Under the pieces are notes generated by a model. It was not told the origin of the DNA, did no database searches, and saw only the letters and a list, made by a program, of their open reading frames with translations. Positions 59,121 through 64,000 of a stretch of DNA of 64,000 bases are shown here, piece after piece (the stretch's first letter is position 1; each line of letters opens with the position of its first letter). The translations under genes were made by a program, and so were the position numbers. The stretch is from an uncultured Mycoplasmatota bacterium (GTDB lineage Bacteria > Bacillota_I > Bacilli_A > RF39 > UBA660): the NCBI GenBank assembly GCA_900544605.1, contig UQVP01000003.1, positions 4,031-68,030 of the forward strand. The letters are read 5' to 3'.

Positions 59121-59240
59121 ATGAAATTATTTGCATCTATTTTAGCTGCTTTAGGTTTTGGTGCTGCTGGAGCAGGAAGTCAAGCTTGCTTTGGTTGGAT
59201 AATTGATGAACCTGAATGTCCAAAAAGTTTAATTAAATAA
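59121..59240 (+). CDS. agrD: AgrD-type autoinducing peptide precursor (39 aa, not in ORF track)
   Basis: AAGGAGG lies 8 nt upstream. The peptide is MKLFASILAALGFGAAGAGSQACFGWIIDEPECPKSLIK: an amphipathic leader, a Cys-containing core and a DEPExPK recognition tail. Confidence 0.75.
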   Translation: MKLFASILAALGFGAAGAGSQACFGWIIDEPECPKSLIK

Positions 59241-59247
59241 ATAAAAT

Positions 59248-59278
59248 AAAAATACTAGCTCGTTAACCTAGTATTTTT
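59248..59278. terminator. Bidirectional terminator between convergent agrBD and agrCA-like genes
   Basis: aaaaatactag / ctagtattttt is an 11-bp stem with a 9-nt loop. Confidence 0.6.
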
Positions 59279-60587
59279 ATTTTACTTTAATTTCTAATAA
59301 TTGTGTGAAAATGTCATTTTCAACACTTGTCAAATTAGTTAATTTACTATTTTTATCCACTATTTCTTTAACCAGGGCTAATCCATATCCATGTCCTTCA
59401 GATTTAGTTGTATATCCTTTTTCATATATCTTTTCTATATTTATTGATCCTTTAAAATTATTAGAAATTTTTATACAGAGTTTATCTTCATCTGTAAACA
59501 ATTCAATAAAGATTCTTTTGTCTTCTTTATTTTTAACTTCTTCTATCGCATTATCTAAGAAAACTCCTGTAATACGACATACATCAAACATTAAAGATTC
59601 CCCAAGTTCAATAAGATCAACAGTTCGAACTTTTCTATCAACAATCAAATTGAAGTCAATTTTCTCATCTTTCATAACCAATAACTTACTATATATAACC
59701 GCCCTTAATCCGCCAGCTGGTATTTTGTTAGTATCAAACATTAATTTTTCATCATCTTTTATTTTATTATCAATTATCTTATCAATATATTCTGGAATAT
59801 CTTTTTCTTTTTTTATAATCATGTTTCTAATCATTAGTAATTGATTTTTATTTTCATGATTGGATACCCTATAGACATCTAAAATTTCCTCATATTCTTT
59901 CAAACTGTTTAATGTATTATTATATTTATCATTAATTTTAGAATAATTTGTTTCGGCAATTAAATATTTATAATATATAAAAATATAAATTACTGAAATA
60001 GCAATATTACCAATTATTATACTTAATAGTGGATAATGATAGTAAACAGATAAAAAATTAAAGTTGATTGTTATTATGGTTGCTAATATAATTATCACAA
60101 AAGAATTAATCTTTATTTCTGTTATTGATGAAACTATTTTATTATAAAGATTTTGAATAATTTTAATGTTGCAAGCCATAATAGCAATTATTGATATAAA
60201 AGTATTGGCTATTAATTTTCCAACCAAGTTTGAAACAATAAAATTACTATCTATTTTTAATACAACCACTGCCAAAATTGCAAAAATTAATTCTGATATC
60301 ATCATTGTTAATTGAGAAAAAATCGAAGTTATAAAACTAATTCTATAATTACACTTAAATAAAAAATAACAAAATATAGTCATTATAACTACTATTACTA
60401 ATACTCTAAAAATTGTATTAATAAAAAGAAAATTTACTAACATCAATAAAGCAAATATAATTTGAACTGCATAATACTTATAACTTTTAAAATTTATCTT
60501 TTTATTTAATAACCTTGACCAAATAAAAATATAAGCAAAAGAATTAATCAGCGCTCCAATAATGTTATTAATACTAAAAATTTCCAT
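59277..60587 (-). CDS. agrC: AgrC-like membrane sensor histidine kinase (GHKL, HATPase_c_5 type)
   Basis: 6-7 N-terminal TM helices. The C-terminus carries SEGHGYGLALVKEIV (G2 box). The start is ATG 60587 or GTG 60599. Confidence 0.78.
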   Translation of the reverse strand: MEIFSINNIIGALINSFAYIFIWSRLLNKKINFKSYKYYAVQIIFALLMLVNFLFINTIFRVLVIVVIMTIFCYFLFKCNYRISFITSIFSQLTMMISELIFAILAVVVLKIDSNFIVSNLVGKLIANTFISIIAIMACNIKIIQNLYNKIVSSITEIKINSFVIIILATIITINFNFLSVYYHYPLLSIIIGNIAISVIYIFIYYKYLIAETNYSKINDKYNNTLNSLKEYEEILDVYRVSNHENKNQLLMIRNMIIKKEKDIPEYIDKIIDNKIKDDEKLMFDTNKIPAGGLRAVIYSKLLVMKDEKIDFNLIVDRKVRTVDLIELGESLMFDVCRITGVFLDNAIEEVKNKEDKRIFIELFTDEDKLCIKISNNFKGSINIEKIYEKGYTTKSEGHGYGLALVKEIVDKNSKLTNLTSVENDIFTQLLEIKVK

Positions 60588-60588
60588 A

Positions 60589-61296
60589 CTACTTCTCACT
60601 TACTCCTTTTCTATATTTTTCTGATAATAATCTTACAACTGTACCATTATCAAATAATATCGTTTTTCTAATTTTATCTATCTTAGCTACTCTTTCTTTA
60701 TTTACTAAACAAGCTCTATGTGTTTGTATAAATCTATTATCAAGTAATTTTTTAATGCTAGATAAAGGTTTATAAGTTTTAATTTCCGCGTAGTCAGTTT
60801 TTATAATACATTTTCTTTCAACACTATCTCTAGTAATATATAAAATATCATTCATAGCAATAGTATATAAAACGCCTCTCTCTTCAAATCTAATAATATT
60901 TTTACGTTTTAAAACTTCCAACGATTTTTTGATAGAAGTTATTAATCTTTCCTCATAATTATCAAATTTGTTTAAAAAAGACAAAAACATTATTTCATTT
61001 TTTAGTAATGTTAATCCCAATTCTTCATGACTCGTTATAAAAATAATCACACTATCTACGTCTTTTTTTCTTATAATACGTGCTACATCAATACCTGATC
61101 TTGATGGTGTTTCAATATCTAAAATATATACTTTAAAAGATAAGGGTTCTTTTACAATTTTCATAAATTCGTCATCTAAATCATTAAACAAATGGGTTCT
61201 ATATTCCGTTTTATTTTTCATCATAAATGAATCAATTATATTTTTAATATCCGTTATTATCCTTTCATTGTCGTCACATATAATAAAGTTAATCAT
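60589..61296 (-). CDS. agrA: LytTR-family response regulator (AgrA-like)
   Basis: Receiver domain (ICDDN...ILDIETP) plus the LytTR DNA-binding domain (ILYITRD...FIQTHRACLVN). Confidence 0.88.
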   Translation of the reverse strand: MINFIICDDNERIITDIKNIIDSFMMKNKTEYRTHLFNDLDDEFMKIVKEPLSFKVYILDIETPSRSGIDVARIIRKKDVDSVIIFITSHEELGLTLLKNEIMFLSFLNKFDNYEERLITSIKKSLEVLKRKNIIRFEERGVLYTIAMNDILYITRDSVERKCIIKTDYAEIKTYKPLSSIKKLLDNRFIQTHRACLVNKERVAKIDKIRKTILFDNGTVVRLLSEKYRKGVSEK

Positions 61297-61380
61297 TTTA
61301 TCATCTCTTTTTGTTCACGTTTAGCAAACCAGCTACTTTAAATGTTACCATATTTTACCAATTATTGCAACTAAAAAAGG

Positions 61381-63999
61381 CTATACTCCGCCTTTAATCC
61401 CTTTTGTTCTTAAATAAATTTTTCTAAACCAATCCACAGGTATTACTGAAAAAGCTAATAAAATCATAAATTGAAATTCTTTAAAATTTAAACCTACTGT
61501 TCTAAAAAGATTTCCACCATAATAAATTAAAAGAATTTGCACTAACACAATAAATGATATAACAGCAATAAATGGTTTATTTTTATAAAGATGTGCGAAT
61601 AAATTTAAACGATGTGTACGAGCATTGAAGCAGTTAAATATTCCAATAAAAATAAAGAGACCAAAAAAAGCACTCATCAAATATTTATTATTATCACCAT
61701 CTCTAAAAATTGCTGAAATAATAGGAAGTTTTAAAAATAATATACAAAGTAATGATGAATAAGCTCCCGTAAAAATTATCTCATGCCACATATATTTATT
61801 AATTATCGGTTCATTTTTATCTTTTGGATATTCATCCATATATTCCTTTAATGGTGGTTCAAATGAAAAAGCCAGACCTGCAAATGTATCCATAACCATA
61901 TTTATCCACAACATTTGTATAACTGTAACAGGAGTCTCGATACCAATAAATGGCCCTATAATTGATAAACTAACTGCGCAAATATTTACCGTTAATTGAA
62001 AAATAATAAATTTTCTAATACTTTTAAAAATAGTACGTCCAAATAAAATAGCTTGTGATATAGAATATAAGTTATCATCTAAAATAATAATATCACTAGC
62101 TTCTTTGGCAACTTCTGTTCCACTTCCCATTGAAAATCCTACATCTGCCCTTTTCAAAGCTGGAGCATCATTAACTCCATCTCCAGTCATACCAACAACA
62201 AGATCTTTTTCTTGAGATATTTTTATTAATCTACTTTTATCTTGTGGAAGTGATCTAGCAACAATTCTTAAATTTGGTAGTATTTGTTTTAATTCCTCAT
62301 CATTAAGTTTATTTAACTCTTCGCTTGTTAATATAATATCTGATGAGTTTTTGATAATTCCAACTTCTTTTCCTATCGCATAAGCAGTATCTTTATTATC
62401 TCCTGTAATCATTACAGTTTGAATATGAGCTTTATCAATAAGTTTTAATCCTTCAATAGCCTCTTTTCTAACATCATCTTTTATAAGTGCGAAACCAACT
62501 AGAGTTAAATTTCTTAATTCTTTTGTTTTAGATGTAGCAAAAGCTATAATTCTAGCTCCTTTACTTGTTTCCTCTTTTAATTTTAATTCTATACTTTTAG
62601 TATTTAATAATCTTTTAATCTCTCCGTTATTATCATAATAATATGTACAACTAGATAATATTTTTTCTGGCGCTCCTTTTATTAACGCTAATTTACCTCT
62701 ATCATCAATTAGAGATAATGAATATTTATTCTTACTATCAAATGGAACAGTATCAATAATTTTAATATTAGAATTCTTATCATATTCAATAAATTTTAAA
62801 ATAGCACGGTCAGTTATATTTCCTCCAACAATAGTTTTGTTATCACTAGTATAAGTACTAGCGTTATTATATATAATTGACTTTTTAATAATAGAGTAAT
62901 ATTTACTATACTTTTTTAACTCACTTTCTTTATGATATTTTTTAAAATCATTTCCCATAAAATATAGCATTTCCATTTTACCTTTAGTCAGTGTCCCAGT
63001 TTTATCAGTAAACAATATATTTAAACTCCCAGCCGTTTCTATACCGGTCATCTTTCTTACCATTACATTACTTTTTAACATTTTTTTCATATTTGAAGAA
63101 AGAACTAATGTTATCATCATAGGAAGTCCTTCTGGAACAGCAACTACTATTATTGTTACACTTAGTGTTAAAGCATATAAAATGTAGCCTGTCATTAATG
63201 GAAAATTAGTTGCTGTTTCTTTAATTAAATTAATATCAAAATTATTTCTAATTACTATCATCGAAAATAGATATGATAAACTAACTAGGAATGCTCCTAC
63301 ATAACCAATTTTACTTATAATTCCAGCAAGATGTCTTAATCTTATTTTAAGAGGACTATCAGGAGTAGATTCTTGTAATTCTTGTGCTATTTTACCATAG
63401 AAAGTATTGTCACCTACTTTGGTAATTTTCATAATCCCTGATTTCCCATATATTACTGTACCTCTAAATACCATATTTTTTTCACTAACTATTTGATTAG
63501 ATTTTAATGCTTCTTTTCTTATTTCTCTTGTTTCACCATTAAGAGATGATTCATCAACTAAAAGGTCACCATCAATTAGTATTCCATCTGCTGGAACTTT
63601 ATCTCCAGCTTCAAGTAAAACCATATCACCTACTACCACATCATCTATAGTTATTTCTTTTATTTTCCCATTTCTTCTAACCCTACACTTAATTTTTGAT
63701 GCATCCTCTTGAAGTTTTTCAAATGCTTTTTCACTTCCATATTCTGATATAGTGGAAATAAAAGACGCTAAAAATATAGCGATGACTATACCTACTGTTT
63801 CATACCAATCAAAATCTTTAATTAAAAAAACAAGTTTTATACCAAGCGCTATAATTAAAATTCTTATTATGGGATCTCCCAATGACTGTATAAACATCTC
63901 TAAAAAGGTATTTTTTTTCTTATTAGTTATAATATTACTTCCATTTTTTTCTCTTGATTCTAATACTTCTTCTTCGCTTAGTCCATTATTTATATTCAT
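61381..63999 (-). CDS. P-type Ca2+-transporting ATPase (P2A/P2B type)
   Basis: DKTGTLT phosphorylation site, MITGDNKDTA, GDGVNDAPALKRADVG, PEGLP in M4; 872 aa. Confidence 0.9.
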   Translation of the reverse strand: MNINNGLSEEEVLESREKNGSNIITNKKKNTFLEMFIQSLGDPIIRILIIALGIKLVFLIKDFDWYETVGIVIAIFLASFISTISEYGSEKAFEKLQEDASKIKCRVRRNGKIKEITIDDVVVGDMVLLEAGDKVPADGILIDGDLLVDESSLNGETREIRKEALKSNQIVSEKNMVFRGTVIYGKSGIMKITKVGDNTFYGKIAQELQESTPDSPLKIRLRHLAGIISKIGYVGAFLVSLSYLFSMIVIRNNFDINLIKETATNFPLMTGYILYALTLSVTIIVVAVPEGLPMMITLVLSSNMKKMLKSNVMVRKMTGIETAGSLNILFTDKTGTLTKGKMEMLYFMGNDFKKYHKESELKKYSKYYSIIKKSIIYNNASTYTSDNKTIVGGNITDRAILKFIEYDKNSNIKIIDTVPFDSKNKYSLSLIDDRGKLALIKGAPEKILSSCTYYYDNNGEIKRLLNTKSIELKLKEETSKGARIIAFATSKTKELRNLTLVGFALIKDDVRKEAIEGLKLIDKAHIQTVMITGDNKDTAYAIGKEVGIIKNSSDIILTSEELNKLNDEELKQILPNLRIVARSLPQDKSRLIKISQEKDLVVGMTGDGVNDAPALKRADVGFSMGSGTEVAKEASDIIILDDNLYSISQAILFGRTIFKSIRKFIIFQLTVNICAVSLSIIGPFIGIETPVTVIQMLWINMVMDTFAGLAFSFEPPLKEYMDEYPKDKNEPIINKYMWHEIIFTGAYSSLLCILFLKLPIISAIFRDGDNNKYLMSAFFGLFIFIGIFNCFNARTHRLNLFAHLYKNKPFIAVISFIVLVQILLIYYGGNLFRTVGLNFKEFQFMILLAFSVIPVDWFRKIYLRTKGIKGGV

Positions 64000-64000
64000 A

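Overview
This is a very AT-rich chromosomal segment from a low-GC, endospore-forming Firmicute. It uses the standard bacterial genetic code: TGG encodes Trp and TGA is used as a stop, for example at gatD. Most of the window is core genome: rimP-nusA-ylxR-infB, mtnN, a gerA-type germinant receptor operon, dacB-spmA-spmB, 13 tRNA genes (a lone tRNA-Ala plus a 12-tRNA operon), trpS, pflB-pflA, secA, murT-gatD, hpf, a cold-shock protein and a P-type Ca2+-ATPase. It also carries spore-surface genes: a CotY/CotZ-like Cys-rich protein and a BclA-like collagen protein. There is no CRISPR array, rRNA, transposase, integrase or reverse transcriptase. The accessory or unusual content sits in small pockets. 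(1) The 3' end of secA is followed by three orphan, start-less copies of its SEC-C zinc-motif tail. Between them lie an AbiEi/AbiEii module and a DUF84 NTPase, which looks like a decayed stack of islands integrated at the secA 3' end. (2) An ORF6N/PLD-like gene and a PD-(D/E)xK nuclease gene with a Shedu-like D..ExK..QxxxY motif sit directly behind the rRNA methyltransferase gene. (3) A solitary MvaI/BcnI-family restriction endonuclease lies between tRNA genes with no methyltransferase nearby. (4) One gene encodes an HTH/P-loop/CYTH triple-domain protein. Its promoter and 5' end are duplicated about 1.7 kb away, so the two copies bracket a surface-protein gene. (5) An agr-type quorum-sensing locus contains a 39-codon agrD that is absent from the ORF track, plus candidate LytTR direct repeats. 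Smaller oddities are a methyltransferase gene broken by a single in-frame TAA, a DUF368 gene that must start at a non-ATG/GTG/TTG codon, a RimP lacking its C-terminal domain, and a dCMP deaminase where ylxQ normally sits. All calls come from reading translations and motifs by eye. No database search was run.
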